Shown here: positions 10,445 to 21,589 of the stretch, in pieces
Layout: every line of letters starts with the position of its first letter
How positions within the stretch are numbered: the stretch's first letter is position 1
Translations under genes and position numbers: made by a program
Notes under the pieces: model-generated
What the model saw: the letters and a program-made list of their open reading frames with translations, nothing else
Databases searched by the model: none
Told to the model about the DNA's origin: nothing
DNA from: a virus
Reading direction: 5' to 3' (one strand)
IMG/VR virus record: IMGVR_UViG_3300036770_006954
Location: 64,001 to 128,000 of that record
Length of the DNA stretch: 64,000 nucleotides

Positions 10445-13400
10445 TTATACGAAGTATTTCAAAACTATTATACCAGAGCCACCGTTTCCTCCCGCTCTTA
10501 CTCCTCCACTTGGATGTGAACCACCTCCTCCACCATTACCTGTGTTAGATACCGCATTAGCCCCTGTTACAACAGTATTTCCTCTTGCACCTGCACCACC
10601 TTTACCGTATTCAATTGAAGAACCTGTAATTGAGGATGTAAGTCCTGTACCTCCCGCACCACCTGAACTTGGATTATTAGGGGAACCGGCGCCGTTAGAA
10701 CCATTAGCGGTTGAACCTCCTCCTCCACCTCCGCATCCACCAACTGCACTACCCCAGTTTCCACCACCACTACCTCCTGTTGCAGCACTTACATTTGAAA
10801 CCTGTGAAAGTCCGGCAACTCCGACACCTCCGGGAGCAAGTCTACTACCTCCACCAGCACCACCACCGAGTGCCGTTATAGTGTCAAAGACTGAATTCGA
10901 ACCATCGGTTCCGTTAGTATTAACACCTGGAGTTGCGGCGCCACCCGTTCCACCTGAACCAACGGTGACCGTATATGAATTACCTGGAATTACAGATAAA
11001 ATTCCTGTTAGAACCATACCACCACCTCCACCAGCACCACCACCAGTATCGTACCCGTTACCACCACCACCTCCACCTGCAACAACAAGATATTCAACTG
11101 ATGTTACACCTGCAGGTGCTATCCAAGAAGTCGTACCAACAGTTGTGAATGATTCAATTGTTGGTGAGGGTGTTGTACTTGGTGTGGGCGTATTAGTTGG
11201 GGTTGTGGTTTGTGTTGGAGTTGGTGTTGGTTGTATTGGCTCTATCAAAATACCATTGGGTTCCTCACTTTCCTGAAGAATCATAAATAAATTTTCCTGA
11301 AGTAAAAATCCTTCGTTCGGTAAAGTACTGGTTGGTGTAGGTGTAACGCTACCTGTTGGAGTCAAAGTATTTGTGGGTGTTGGAGTTGGAGTGTTAGTGG
11401 GGGTTTCTGTCGGAGTATTAGTCGGAGTTTCTGTTGGAGTGTTGGTGGGACTTTCTGTTGGAGTGTTAGTGGGGGTTTCACTTGGAGTGTTAGTTTGAGT
11501 TGGGGTATTTGTTGGGGTTTCAGTATTTGTTGGCGTAGGAGTGTTAGTTGGGGTTTCAGTATTTGTTTGCGTTGGGGTGTTAGTTGGGGTTTCAGTATTT
11601 GTTGGCGTAGGAGTGTTAGTTGGAGTATTTGTTGGTGTTGAGGTTGATGTGGTTGTATTAGTTGGGGTGTTAGTTGGTGTAGAGGTCGATGTTACAGTTG
11701 GTGTAGGAGTTGCCAATAACTCAAAAGTGTATCCTGTTGTGAATGTATAGTTGAATCTACTAGTCCCCGAATAGTTAGAAGTTATTGAGGTGTATTGTGC
11801 ATCTCTAGTTAGATTTCTGTAATTGAAATCTAAAGAAGAAAATTCATAACCCCTTGTCTGACCTGATGGAATTAGAATTGTAACATTTTCAGTGATTGGT
11901 TCACCAACGAATGTGTCGAGTTGTATTGTAAATGATATTGATAAATCTACATCAACTGGCAACTGACTTTGAGCAATATAATTTGACTGTACGGACCCTT
12001 GATAAAATTCAGAAAGTAAATCAATGTTGTTTCCCTCTAACTCCAAGTAAGTTAAATCATTGTTGGGGATGGGGATTGAAATAATGTCACCATCAGGTAT
12101 AACAAGATAAGCTAGCTCTTCGTCAGGAATAACAATGTATTCTAAATCATTTGATGGTACTATAATTACACAATCAGGACAATCGGGATTTAACAACCCA
12201 TATTTCGGTTTCAAAATCCTAAAATTATGTTTTACTTCAGAGGCATCCAAAGGTTCAACATACATTCTAAAGGCACTTACTTCACCAATAAAACTACCCG
12301 CAAAAATTTCTTCCAAAAATATGTTTGTCGTGAGACCCGAATATATTGTATTATCTAAGTCTTCAGTTGTTAAACACTCAGGGTCTTGTTGATAAATTAT
12401 ATCAGAAATCTCAGGAGGACACCCTCCTGAAAAAGTAAGATTATCTTTGAGTCCTTGTGTACCCCCACCAACTGATATATTGAATGGTACACCAACTTGA
12501 CGCTCTTTAAACGTGTTTAGTGGTCTTGGAATAATTTCTTCAAAGTCTTCACATACCATCAATAATTTACCATTTACAAAAATTTTGAGAGTACCAAGTC
12601 GGTATTCTCTCTCTTGTAACCATAAGTCATTGATATGGACTTGAGTTGTTTTCGCAGGGGTATATCCTGAATAACCTTCTTCGTGGGTTATTGGTGGCAT
12701 TACCAAACTAACACTATTATTCGCCGAGGTTGCGGTAAAAACATCTTGTTCAATAACCCCTAAACCTCCAAGATAAGATAAATCTTTACACTCAAAATAG
12801 GCATTTCGTTCGAATACGGCATCAATTTGCACCCAGTGTTCAAAATTAATATAAGGTGTAAACTTACAATCTTCAAAAATACCACGGGTAGAACACCATT
12901 CTACAGTGGTCACACCAGTTACAAAACTTGTTCCTGTAAGACAAGTACCTGATGGTATACAACTTCCTGTAATCAAATATTCCTTTACACAAACTCTCGG
13001 GTTACCAGTGTCACCACTAAATCTGATTGACATGGCATTGGATACACCATCGTATAAAGGGTCCAATTCTTTAATTGATGCTTCGGTGGTACAACTACAC
13101 GGGCATCCACAAGTGCAATTCGACGATGTCACACCTGAGGGTTGGTATACTGGAATGCAATCTGCACCTGTTCCTCCTGATACTGCACAAGCACAGGTGT
13201 GCATACAGGTCAAACCCGAGGTCACTCTTGTATAACCTGTGTCGGAGGATGGACTTCCATCGGCGTAGTGGTAAAATTTGTTTTCAGCTCTACTACCCAT
13301 GAAAAAGAATGTTCCTTTGTTCTCAGGATAACGGGCATTTAAACCAATATTTGTATTACCTGTGAACTGATATTTCAATAACATCTCCACAGTCCAACCT

Positions 13401-14026
13401 TGACTCATTCTTGTTGGAAAAACTTCATAATCATAACCTTGGAGTTTGTAAAAACCCTGATAAAAACCACCTTGTAGTTTCGCCACCGTTCCGATGTTTC
13501 CACCGACATTTACATAATCCAAATCGTAAGAGTAAGAATTGTCATTCCATAGACGATTTTGGGGTGTGGTGTTTCCACTAATCGGATGCATTTTAAACCT
13601 TCGGTCGTAAACATATCTGTTGAAAGTTTCGGCGGTTGTGGTATAAAGACCTGTGTATGCGGTCATGGTGATACCCGACATTTGGGTTGTTAATCCATTG
13701 TCAATACCCGTTAAACCCACATCACAAATTTCGGTGGTTACAGGACAGAAGTTTGGGTCAACATCTAAAGGGTTATAAAAGTTTTCTGAAACAACAGTGT
13801 CATAAAGAAATTGACCAACTAAAGGAGATATGGTTGTCCCTGTTGAATTAAAATCAAACTTAAATGGCATCCTATTACCATCATCTTCAGCAATTAATAA
13901 AGGTGAGAAAATAACCTCTTGATGGAAGTCTCGGGCGTCGTCTGCCAAACAGAAATCTGTAATTTCATTGACAGGTTTTAACCCAATCTTCCTGTAATTG
14001 TATTGATTGATATTTTGGTATGCCAT
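10445..14026 (-). CDS. Virion structural protein: LamG/ConA-like N-region, TP stalk, C-terminal glycine-rich fibre domain
   Basis: Long TPTNTPTET tract (about 11320-11710); [22 protein letters not shown]...[10 protein letters not shown] glycine-rich domain. Confidence 0.65.
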   Translation of the reverse strand: MAYQNINQYNYRKIGLKPVNEITDFCLADDARDFHQEVIFSPLLIAEDDGNRMPFKFDFNSTGTTISPLVGQFLYDTVVSENFYNPLDVDPNFCPVTTEICDVGLTGIDNGLTTQMSGITMTAYTGLYTTTAETFNRYVYDRRFKMHPISGNTTPQNRLWNDNSYSYDLDYVNVGGNIGTVAKLQGGFYQGFYKLQGYDYEVFPTRMSQGWTVEMLLKYQFTGNTNIGLNARYPENKGTFFFMGSRAENKFYHYADGSPSSDTGYTRVTSGLTCMHTCACAVSGGTGADCIPVYQPSGVTSSNCTCGCPCSCTTEASIKELDPLYDGVSNAMSIRFSGDTGNPRVCVKEYLITGSCIPSGTCLTGTSFVTGVTTVEWCSTRGIFEDCKFTPYINFEHWVQIDAVFERNAYFECKDLSYLGGLGVIEQDVFTATSANNSVSLVMPPITHEEGYSGYTPAKTTQVHINDLWLQEREYRLGTLKIFVNGKLLMVCEDFEEIIPRPLNTFKERQVGVPFNISVGGGTQGLKDNLTFSGGCPPEISDIIYQQDPECLTTEDLDNTIYSGLTTNIFLEEIFAGSFIGEVSAFRMYVEPLDASEVKHNFRILKPKYGLLNPDCPDCVIIVPSNDLEYIVIPDEELAYLVIPDGDIISIPIPNNDLTYLELEGNNIDLLSEFYQGSVQSNYIAQSQLPVDVDLSISFTIQLDTFVGEPITENVTILIPSGQTRGYEFSSLDFNYRNLTRDAQYTSITSNYSGTSRFNYTFTTGYTFELLATPTPTVTSTSTPTNTPTNTTTSTSTPTNTPTNTPTPTNTETPTNTPTQTNTETPTNTPTPTNTETPTNTPTQTNTPSETPTNTPTESPTNTPTETPTNTPTETPTNTPTPTPTNTLTPTGSVTPTPTSTLPNEGFLLQENLFMILQESEEPNGILIEPIQPTPTPTQTTTPTNTPTPSTTPSPTIESFTTVGTTSWIAPAGVTSVEYLVVAGGGGGGNGYDTGGGAGGGGGMVLTGILSVIPGNSYTVTVGSGGTGGAATPGVNTNGTDGSNSVFDTITALGGGAGGGSRLAPGGVGVAGLSQVSNVSAATGGSGGGNWGSAVGGCGGGGGGSTANGSNGAGSPNNPSSGGAGGTGLTSSITGSSIEYGKGGAGARGNTVVTGANAVSNTGNGGGGGSHPSGGVRAGGNGGSGIIVLKYFV

Positions 14027-14035
14027 AAACTATAT

Positions 14036-14064
14036 GATAAATACCCTTCTTTTGAGTATTTATA
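14036..14064. promoter_or_regulatory. Back-to-back divergent late-promoter motifs
   Basis: GATAAATA at 14036-14043 (TATTTATC on minus) and TATTTATA at 14057-14064, between divergent genes. Confidence 0.65.
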
Positions 14065-14075
14065 GTTAAAAAAGT

Positions 14076-14876
14076 ATGCTGAAATTAAACGAGGAATATT
14101 TCGGTTCAAATTATTACTTTCTCCTCCGTGAAAAGAAGGACAGCGGACACCTTTGGTTTTCCGTTGCAAATACAATAACGGAAGCAAGAAAAAAAGATGA
14201 GTATATTAAAGTACCAAAAGAGAAAATTGAAAAGCTCAAAAGTCATTTGAATAAACTGATTAAGAGTAAGACCAAGAAAAAACCAAACGAAATCAAAAGT
14301 GAAATTGAAGAGTTGGTAAACTCAGATGGGACTTTGTCAAATTCAAACGTTCCAATCTTAGACCCTCGGTTACACCCAAGAAAAACTATGGACCAAACTG
14401 TCCAAGCAACTACACAACCAGGTAATTACTTGGCTTGGTCTTACAGAGGTGGAAGAACATATTACTCAGAATCTGAAATGAAAGAAGAAGATATGTCAGC
14501 GGCTTTCGGTTATGAAGAAACAAAAGACATGACTCCTGAGGAAACTATTAAAACTCTTGAAAAAATGGGAGTTGAGAATCCTGTAGAAAGAGCAATTGAA
14601 TTCGGAAAGGACCCAAAAATTTCTCAAAAAAATAAAAAAAAGGGTAGTGATATGAAAATTCGTCTACAAGAAAAAGAAACCTTAAGACGAATTCAAAAAG
14701 AGCAAATGGCTAAAATAATTGAAGACATTTTGGTTAATAAGAAAAATAAAGAAGATATTGTTGGTAAAAAAAAGGGTAAAGAAGTTCTAACTAAAGCGGA
14801 AATTATGGATTTAATCAAGAAAAACGAACCCGTTGAAAATATCGATAAAGTTATAAAATCATCTCGTGAACAGTAG
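14076..14876 (+). CDS. Hypothetical Lys/Glu-rich protein, possibly head-internal
   Basis: ORF with late motif upstream; LNE/ITE/LQE motifs. Confidence 0.6.
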   Translation: MLKLNEEYFGSNYYFLLREKKDSGHLWFSVANTITEARKKDEYIKVPKEKIEKLKSHLNKLIKSKTKKKPNEIKSEIEELVNSDGTLSNSNVPILDPRLHPRKTMDQTVQATTQPGNYLAWSYRGGRTYYSESEMKEEDMSAAFGYEETKDMTPEETIKTLEKMGVENPVERAIEFGKDPKISQKNKKKGSDMKIRLQEKETLRRIQKEQMAKIIEDILVNKKNKEDIVGKKKGKEVLTKAEIMDLIKKNEPVENIDKVIKSSREQ

Positions 14877-15354
14877 TCTTTACAATTCAAGTATCGGTGA
14901 GGTGTTGATTCCAAAAGAAATTAAACAACATCTTGTAAATTCTTTTGCCCAAGCACAAGGTGCCGATATAAATACGGAAGGATTCAGAAGGAACCAAGAA
15001 TTACAAGGTCAAGAAAAAATTACCTACAAACAACTCAAAAGAATTAAAAACTTTTTTGATAACTTTAAAGGTAAACCCACAGAATTACCCTTCATTTTAA
15101 ATGGTGGTGTACTTATGAAAAACTGGGTGAATAATACTTTATCAAGTATGAGAAACAACACACAAAATAATCAACAAGATACTACACCTGAAGATTCTAA
15201 GGTGAATTCAAGTGATTTGAAAAATAATGTGAAGGACTTGGTGAGACCATCCAAAGAACACAAAAGGACCGCACAGAAACATGCCACAGCAACTTATGAA
15301 CAAACAGTTGTTGAAAGTCTGAAAAGAATAAATGAATTAATCTCAAAAATCTAA
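14866..15354 (+). CDS. Hypothetical protein (GTG start)
   Basis: ORF coupled to both neighbours. Confidence 0.55.
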   Translation: MNSSLYNSSIGEVLIPKEIKQHLVNSFAQAQGADINTEGFRRNQELQGQEKITYKQLKRIKNFFDNFKGKPTELPFILNGGVLMKNWVNNTLSSMRNNTQNNQQDTTPEDSKVNSSDLKNNVKDLVRPSKEHKRTAQKHATATYEQTVVESLKRINELISKI

Positions 15355-15662
15355 TGCCAGCTAATAACCCCAAGGTTTACGAACCTTTAGATTTAAATCA
15401 AACTGAACAAAACAATCTAACGGCAATTGCCGATTTGGAAAGAAAAAAATTAATCACTCGTAATGACTTTAAACAAGGTGCGGATGAATATGGTGTAACG
15501 AATTCACAGGCTCTTGCAGATGGTGATGATATGGGTAGAGGTACAGGTGTCTTCTTGGATGTGTACAATGACGCCGCAGGTACTAGTGTTGATGTATTTG
15601 AAAGAAAAGACGACATCAAAATCAACAAATACAATAGATTTAAAACATATCCTAACTTCTAA
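15354..15662 (+). CDS. Hypothetical protein
   Basis: TAATG translational coupling on both sides. Confidence 0.6.
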   Translation: MPANNPKVYEPLDLNQTEQNNLTAIADLERKKLITRNDFKQGADEYGVTNSQALADGDDMGRGTGVFLDVYNDAAGTSVDVFERKDDIKINKYNRFKTYPNF

Positions 15663-16042
15663 TGAAACTAACTGAAGTCTTTAAATCTTTGATTACCGAA
15701 ATCGCTTCTGTAGATTCGGTAAGAAAATCTATTGAAGACAAACAAAAAATTATCATGTATTATGATGGTGATGAACCAGGTGGTAGGGGTTTAAGACTTA
15801 TTGAACCTGTTGCCCTTGGAAGAAGTAAAAGAGGTAATTTAGTTTTACGGGCTTGGGATGAGGAAGGTGCATCACACAGAGGATACTTAGGTACACGACC
15901 TATGCCGGGATGGAGATTATTCAAACTTGATAAAATATTGTCCTATAAACCGTCGGGTGAAAATTTTAATACACCAAGACCAAATTTTAACCCAACTGGT
16001 GACAAAGACATGACAAGTATTATTATTATAGCAAAATTCTAA
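15662..16042 (+). CDS. Stand-alone WYL-domain protein
   Basis: IMYY...RLIEPVALG...LRAW...WRLFKLDKI matches the WYL fold pattern. Confidence 0.75.
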   Translation: MKLTEVFKSLITEIASVDSVRKSIEDKQKIIMYYDGDEPGGRGLRLIEPVALGRSKRGNLVLRAWDEEGASHRGYLGTRPMPGWRLFKLDKILSYKPSGENFNTPRPNFNPTGDKDMTSIIIIAKF

Positions 16043-16045
16043 CAA

Positions 16046-16630
16046 ATGGACTTAGAAAAAATTATGTTGTCAAAGGCTATCATGGATAGACATAGCCAAA
16101 TGGATTCGGGTAGTGCCCCTAAACCAAAATCGAATACGGTTTTGGAAAACTATGATGCTCCCCAAGCAAGATATAATATTCCACAAGAATTTATGGGTGA
16201 AGCACCACAAAGAATGCAAATGCCACAAGCACCATCAATTCCTGTAAGTCCATTCGCTAACAAACCATATCCTGTAGCTTCATCAGAAGCCATCAAAAAT
16301 TCAAAACTACCTGATGCAATTAAAAAATTAATGATTGAGCACCCTATCGAACAACCAACTTCAATGTCTGGTGGGGCAGTTTTATCCGATGAATTAGTGG
16401 AAAGAGCATCAAGACTTATGGGTAATAATAAAAAACCTGTAATGGAACAAGCAATACCACATCAGAATACAGGTGACCTGAGAACTATATTAAAAGAAGT
16501 TGTTCAAGAAGTCTTGGCTGAGAATGGATTGTTGATGGAAGGTGCTGAAAAATCAAATGAATCATTCAGATTTCAAGTTGGAAAACATCTTTTTGAAGGG
16601 AAACTTACGAAAATCAAAAAATTATCTTAG
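16046..16630 (+). CDS. Hypothetical protein
   Basis: ORF; contains a DLRTILKEVVQEVLAE motif. Confidence 0.6.
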   Translation: MDLEKIMLSKAIMDRHSQMDSGSAPKPKSNTVLENYDAPQARYNIPQEFMGEAPQRMQMPQAPSIPVSPFANKPYPVASSEAIKNSKLPDAIKKLMIEHPIEQPTSMSGGAVLSDELVERASRLMGNNKKPVMEQAIPHQNTGDLRTILKEVVQEVLAENGLLMEGAEKSNESFRFQVGKHLFEGKLTKIKKLS

Positions 16631-16685
16631 GTACTTTTCATTTGTGAATTGATTTCTTATATTTTAGGGAACTAAAATAGAATTC

Positions 16686-17900
16686 ATGTCACAAATCAAT
16701 GTATTAGTAATACCATCTGACCGATTTGGTGTTGGAAAATTTAGGTCAATTGAACCTCATACTTTTCTTCAAAATAAATTCCCTCAAGACTTTCACATTG
16801 AAATAGATTTAAATCCTCCTATGGATGATTTGGACTTTTACAAAAAGTTTCAAATTGTTGTTTATCACAGAAGTATTACTAATGAATTCGAGAAGTCATA
16901 TGTACTTGTAGAAAATCTGAAGAAAATGGGTATTGTCACAGTGTGTGATATGGACGATTATTGGAATCCCACCAAGGACCACCCAATTCACGATATCATT
17001 ATTTACAATAAGATTAACGAAAAAATTGTTGCTAGTATCAAACAATCCGATTGGGTAACAACGACAACGCCATTGTTTGCGGATGAAATTAGGAAATACA
17101 ACAAAAATGTGTTTGTACTTCCTAACGCAATAAATCCTGATGAGGCACAATTCAAAGAACCAACAACAGAACATGAAAAACTTAGAGTAGGTTGGTTAGG
17201 TGGTTCATCTCATTTGTCAGACCTTCAACTTTTAGATTCTTCGTTTGCTAAGCTCAGTCAAAATTATAAAGATTTGCAATTTGTTATATGTGGTTTCGAC
17301 ACAAGAGGTACTATTACTGAGATAAATGCTCAGACAGGTGAGCACAAAAAACGACCAATTCGACCTGAGGAAACTGTTTGGGCACGCTACGAAGAAATCT
17401 TCACACAAAACTACAAGTATGTTAGTTCAGAGTATGAAAAGGTTTTGAAAAAATATGCTCGGGAAGAATATCCCGAATTTTCCAATGAGTCTTATCGTAG
17501 GGTGTGGACTCTTCCTGTGACATCTTATGCAAGAAATTACGCCAAACTTGATGTATCTTTGGCACCAATTAAAAACCACATGTTCAATCGAATGAAGTCA
17601 CAACTCAAAGTGATTGAGGCGGGATTTTACAAAAAGGCTGTGATTGCAACTGACTTAGGTCCATATACAATTGATTTGAAACATTGTCTTAAAAATGGCG
17701 AATTTACCGATGGTAATGCTCTTTTGGTCGATGAGAATAGAAATCATGGTGATTGGGCAAAGTTTATTATAAAACTTCAAAAAAATCCAAATCTTGTCAA
17801 AGACATGGGGGAACGATTGTATGAAACTGTATCAAAAAAGTATGACTTAAATATTGTTACTGTTGAAAGAGCGGATTTTTACAAAAGTCTAATTAAATAA
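16686..17900 (+). CDS. GT-B (GT4-like) glycosyltransferase
   Basis: DMDDYW, VGWLGGSSH, LAPI...FNRMKSQLKVIEAG. Confidence 0.8.
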   Translation: MSQINVLVIPSDRFGVGKFRSIEPHTFLQNKFPQDFHIEIDLNPPMDDLDFYKKFQIVVYHRSITNEFEKSYVLVENLKKMGIVTVCDMDDYWNPTKDHPIHDIIIYNKINEKIVASIKQSDWVTTTTPLFADEIRKYNKNVFVLPNAINPDEAQFKEPTTEHEKLRVGWLGGSSHLSDLQLLDSSFAKLSQNYKDLQFVICGFDTRGTITEINAQTGEHKKRPIRPEETVWARYEEIFTQNYKYVSSEYEKVLKKYAREEYPEFSNESYRRVWTLPVTSYARNYAKLDVSLAPIKNHMFNRMKSQLKVIEAGFYKKAVIATDLGPYTIDLKHCLKNGEFTDGNALLVDENRNHGDWAKFIIKLQKNPNLVKDMGERLYETVSKKYDLNIVTVERADFYKSLIK

Positions 17901-17910
17901 AAAAAAACAA

Positions 17911-18621
17911 ATGATTAAAACACCAATAAACAAAATTCTTTTTTTGGACATCGAAACCGTAGGTCTTGAAAAGAATTATGATGACTTACGAACCAACCAC
18001 CCGAGAATCGCAGACCAATTCGACAAATATTTTGATTGGTTTCTGAAAAGATTTCCCGAAGACAAGGAAATTAAGGAAGACCAAAAAAATATTGTTTTTG
18101 CAACTCGAGCGGCACTTGTCCCTGAATTTGCCAAAGTTGTTTGTGTTAGTGTTGCATTTGTGCTAAACAACGGGGAAGTAAAGAGACAGACCTTTTCAGG
18201 TGATGATGAAAACCAACTTCTACGAGATTGTCAAAATCTTTTGGATAGATGTGGAAAATTGGATTTTTGGTTATGTGGTCATAACCTCAAAAATTTTGAT
18301 ATTCCTATGCTCGCAAAAAGAATGTTGATTCAAAACATCCTTCCACCCTCCATTCTTCCTTCTTACGACACAAAACCTTGGGAGGTTAAAGCAATCGATA
18401 CAAAAGAGGTATGGCAGTTTGGTGCGTACACGGCAATCGGCTCGTTAGATTTACTATGCGCTTGTATGGATGTACCATCACCTAAAGAAGGTGAAGTTAC
18501 TGGTTCAAAAGTACATGATGCATATTGGAATAAAAACATGTTAAAAGAAATTGCCGAATACTGTGAACGAGATGTACAGGTATTGGTGGATGTAATTCAA
18601 AAATTAAAATCTTTGAAATGA
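17911..18621 (+). CDS. DEDD 3'-5' exonuclease (PolB-exo-like)
   Basis: FLDIET, GHNLKNFDIP and YCERDV Exo I-III motifs. Confidence 0.85.
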   Translation: MIKTPINKILFLDIETVGLEKNYDDLRTNHPRIADQFDKYFDWFLKRFPEDKEIKEDQKNIVFATRAALVPEFAKVVCVSVAFVLNNGEVKRQTFSGDDENQLLRDCQNLLDRCGKLDFWLCGHNLKNFDIPMLAKRMLIQNILPPSILPSYDTKPWEVKAIDTKEVWQFGAYTAIGSLDLLCACMDVPSPKEGEVTGSKVHDAYWNKNMLKEIAEYCERDVQVLVDVIQKLKSLK

Positions 18622-19238
18622 ACGATAACCAAGATAATCTTGACGATTTAATCGACGCAGAATTGCAGAAGTTAATCGAAGAAGTCGAAAAATTAACTTT
18701 CAATCCTTCAAGTTCAGAAAGCGAGTCTGAAGATGAAAAAACTCTGAATAAAAGTTTATCAGAGTTGGATGATTTTATGGAGGAGGAATTTTTAAAAATT
18801 GAACTTCCTTTACACAAATTTCACCCTGATGCGATAGTACCTTCATATGCGTATAGTTTGGATTCGGGATTTGATTTATTCAGTACCGAGGAAGTATGTT
18901 TATTACCTTTTGGTAGGGCATTAGTACCAACAGGTTTGGCATTTGAAGTACCTGATGGTACAGAGCTTCAGATACGAAGTAAAAGTGGTCTTGCAATCAA
19001 TCAAGGTTTAATGGTCTTGAATAGTCCGGGAACTGTTGATTGTGGATACCTTGGCGAAATCAAGGTGATTGTTATGAACATGAACGATTATACGGTTACA
19101 ATTGAAAAAGGAACAAAAGTAGGTCAAGGAGTTTTGTGCCCCGTTTACAACGGTAAACGAGTTAAACTAATCGAAAAAGAAAGTTTAGGCACCTCGGACC
19201 GAGGAAATAAAGGATTTGGTAGTACAGGTTTGAAATGA
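18618..19238 (+). CDS. dut: Trimeric dUTPase with acidic N-terminal extension
   Basis: SGFDL, RSKSGLA, GTVDCGYLGE, RGNKGFGSTG. Confidence 0.95.
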   Translation: MNDNQDNLDDLIDAELQKLIEEVEKLTFNPSSSESESEDEKTLNKSLSELDDFMEEEFLKIELPLHKFHPDAIVPSYAYSLDSGFDLFSTEEVCLLPFGRALVPTGLAFEVPDGTELQIRSKSGLAINQGLMVLNSPGTVDCGYLGEIKVIVMNMNDYTVTIEKGTKVGQGVLCPVYNGKRVKLIEKESLGTSDRGNKGFGSTGLK

Positions 19239-20869
19239 TTACAGTTGGATATTCTACACGAAAACATAACCCCGAATTAATTGAATACTTCAAAAAATCC
19301 TCGGGGAATCCAAAATATGTCGAAGTTATTGAAAAAATTAATAACGGAGAAAAATCTTTATCTCAAGTTTATAATGAAATACTTGAAGAATCACAAAGTG
19401 ACATTGTAATTTTTTGTCATGATGACATTTATTTTGATACTAACGCTTGGTACTCGAAAGTTGTAAGAAATTTTGAAAAAAATGATTTCGGAATCATTGG
19501 TGTTGCAGGAACCGTCAATCTACCGAGTTCGGGTCTATGGTGGGAAAACCGAAGAAAAATGATTGGAATTGTAAATCATGAAAGTAATGGAAAAAAATGG
19601 GAGTCCAAATATTCTCAAAATTTTGGTAATGAAATTAGACAAGCGGCAATTGTGGATGGTTTATTTATTGCGGTTAGTAAAAAAAGAATTAAGAAAAAAT
19701 TTGTTGAGGAATTTGAAGGGTTTCACTTTTATGATTTACCGTTTTGTCTTGAAAATCATTTAGAGGGTGTAAAAATCGGTGTTTGTACAAACATTAGAAT
19801 TACTCACAAATCAGTTGGACAAACTAATGAACAGTGGGAAAAAAACAGACAAATATTTGAGAAAAAATATTCTGATAACCTACCAATCAAAATACCGTTT
19901 GCACCTGAAAGACAGATGAAAGTTTTAATTTCTTCTATGTTTTTCAGAACATTTACCGGCTCAGAAATTTATGTGTATGAATTAGCAAAATCTCTTCAAA
20001 AACAAAATTGTCAAGTCACGATACTATCACAAATAGGTGGTCCATTAACAGATTTGGCAAAAAAAGAGGGTATTAAATGTTTACCGTTTGAGGAAGCCCC
20101 TGGTTTTAAAATGGGTGATGGTAAGTGGATGGTAATGGGTCCCGATGGAAAACCTCAAGTTTCAAACCCAACGACACTATACAAAATTGCCGAAGTAGAT
20201 TTTGATATCATACATATTCAACATAAACCTGTTGCCGAGAGAATAATCAATCTATACCCTACGATTGATAAAATAGCAACGATTCACTCCGAGGTAATCG
20301 AACTTGAAGACCCTGTAATTCATGATTCTATAAAACATTATGTTGCAATCAGACCAGAAATCAAAGAACACCTTATAAATAAATTTGATATACCTGAAGA
20401 AAAAATCTCAGTAATTTATAATCCTGTCGACAAAAATAGATTTCCAACACTCACAAAAAACGAGAATGGTTACATTCTTTTTGTTGGAACGGTGGATTAC
20501 CTAAGAGAAATGGCAATTAAAGATGCTGGTGAATACGCGATTTCACTTGGAAAGGAATTGTGGTTAGTTGGAGAAGACAAATCAATTTATTTGAAAAGTT
20601 ATTTAAACAACCCAAGTATAAAACATTTTCCACCAACGTGGAACTTAAAGCCATTTATTGAAGGCGCGTATGAAACTGCTGGAATTCAATTGGGAAGAAC
20701 CACAATTGAAAGTTGGATGAGTGGTAAAGATAGTTGGATTTATAAGGTTAATGATAGTGGAGATATAATTTCGAAAGAAAAAACGTCACCACCCGATGAT
20801 ATTGAAAAGTTTTATTCCGATAATGTTGCAAAACAAGTTAAACAAGAATTTTTAAAAATATTATCATAA
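19235..20869 (+). CDS. Bifunctional glycosyltransferase (GT-A N-domain + GT-B C-domain)
   Basis: FCHDD...VDGLF...FHFYD N-half; TGSEIYVYELA C-half. Confidence 0.75.
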   Translation: MITVGYSTRKHNPELIEYFKKSSGNPKYVEVIEKINNGEKSLSQVYNEILEESQSDIVIFCHDDIYFDTNAWYSKVVRNFEKNDFGIIGVAGTVNLPSSGLWWENRRKMIGIVNHESNGKKWESKYSQNFGNEIRQAAIVDGLFIAVSKKRIKKKFVEEFEGFHFYDLPFCLENHLEGVKIGVCTNIRITHKSVGQTNEQWEKNRQIFEKKYSDNLPIKIPFAPERQMKVLISSMFFRTFTGSEIYVYELAKSLQKQNCQVTILSQIGGPLTDLAKKEGIKCLPFEEAPGFKMGDGKWMVMGPDGKPQVSNPTTLYKIAEVDFDIIHIQHKPVAERIINLYPTIDKIATIHSEVIELEDPVIHDSIKHYVAIRPEIKEHLINKFDIPEEKISVIYNPVDKNRFPTLTKNENGYILFVGTVDYLREMAIKDAGEYAISLGKELWLVGEDKSIYLKSYLNNPSIKHFPPTWNLKPFIEGAYETAGIQLGRTTIESWMSGKDSWIYKVNDSGDIISKEKTSPPDDIEKFYSDNVAKQVKQEFLKILS

Positions 20870-21589
20870 ATGACTATTTTGACTACAGCATATAATTGTG
20901 AACCTTTTATTGAGAGGTGTCTGTATAGCATAATGTCACAGCAATTCAGAGATTTTACTTGTTATATTTTGGACGACATGTCAACTGATGGTACCACAAA
21001 AAAAGTCAAAGAAATAATCCAAAATGACTCGAGATTCGTTCTAATCGAAAATACAAAGAAATTATATCAACCAGGAAACTATGATTTAGTAATACGGTAC
21101 ATGAATTTATCTGATGATGAAATATGTGTAGAGGTCGATGGCGATGATTGGTTACCAAATTCTAAGGTATTTTCAAGGATTAATGAAATTTACAGTTCTG
21201 AAAATATTTGGATGACCAGCGGTTCATTCAATTATCATAATGGTAGACCTGGTTTTGCCAGTCCCCCCACTTCTGTAGAAAATTTAAGAAAACAAACATT
21301 CACATTGTCTCATCTTAGAACTTGGAAGTCTTGGTTATGGAAAAAAATTGATGAGAATGATTTAAAAAATGAAACTGGTGAGTATTGGTCAGTTGCCGGT
21401 GACTTGGCATTTATGTTCCCGATGTTGGAAATGTCAGGAATGGAACATTTCAAATTTATCTCCGAAATTTTGTACACATACAATGAATCGAACCCTTTAA
21501 ATGACCATAAAGTTAATATGTCAAATGTTAATAAAACAACTACATTAATAAGAAATAAATCTCCTTATACAAGAATTAAAAATGAATAA
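20870..21589 (+). CDS. GT2 glycosyltransferase
   Basis: TTAYN, DDMSTD, VDGDD. Confidence 0.85.
   Translation: MTILTTAYNCEPFIERCLYSIMSQQFRDFTCYILDDMSTDGTTKKVKEIIQNDSRFVLIENTKKLYQPGNYDLVIRYMNLSDDEICVEVDGDDWLPNSKVFSRINEIYSSENIWMTSGSFNYHNGRPGFASPPTSVENLRKQTFTLSHLRTWKSWLWKKIDENDLKNETGEYWSVAGDLAFMFPMLEMSGMEHFKFISEILYTYNESNPLNDHKVNMSNVNKTTTLIRNKSPYTRIKNE

Noticed and set aside
3794-11750. Antisense or alternate-frame ORFs rich in V/G or Q/H/L over the TP repeats (e.g. 3805-4044, 5086-5535, 10542-11276, 11541-11750)
   Set aside because: Shadow ORFs created by low-complexity ACN-CCN and GGN codon repeats lacking stops; no independent coding signal
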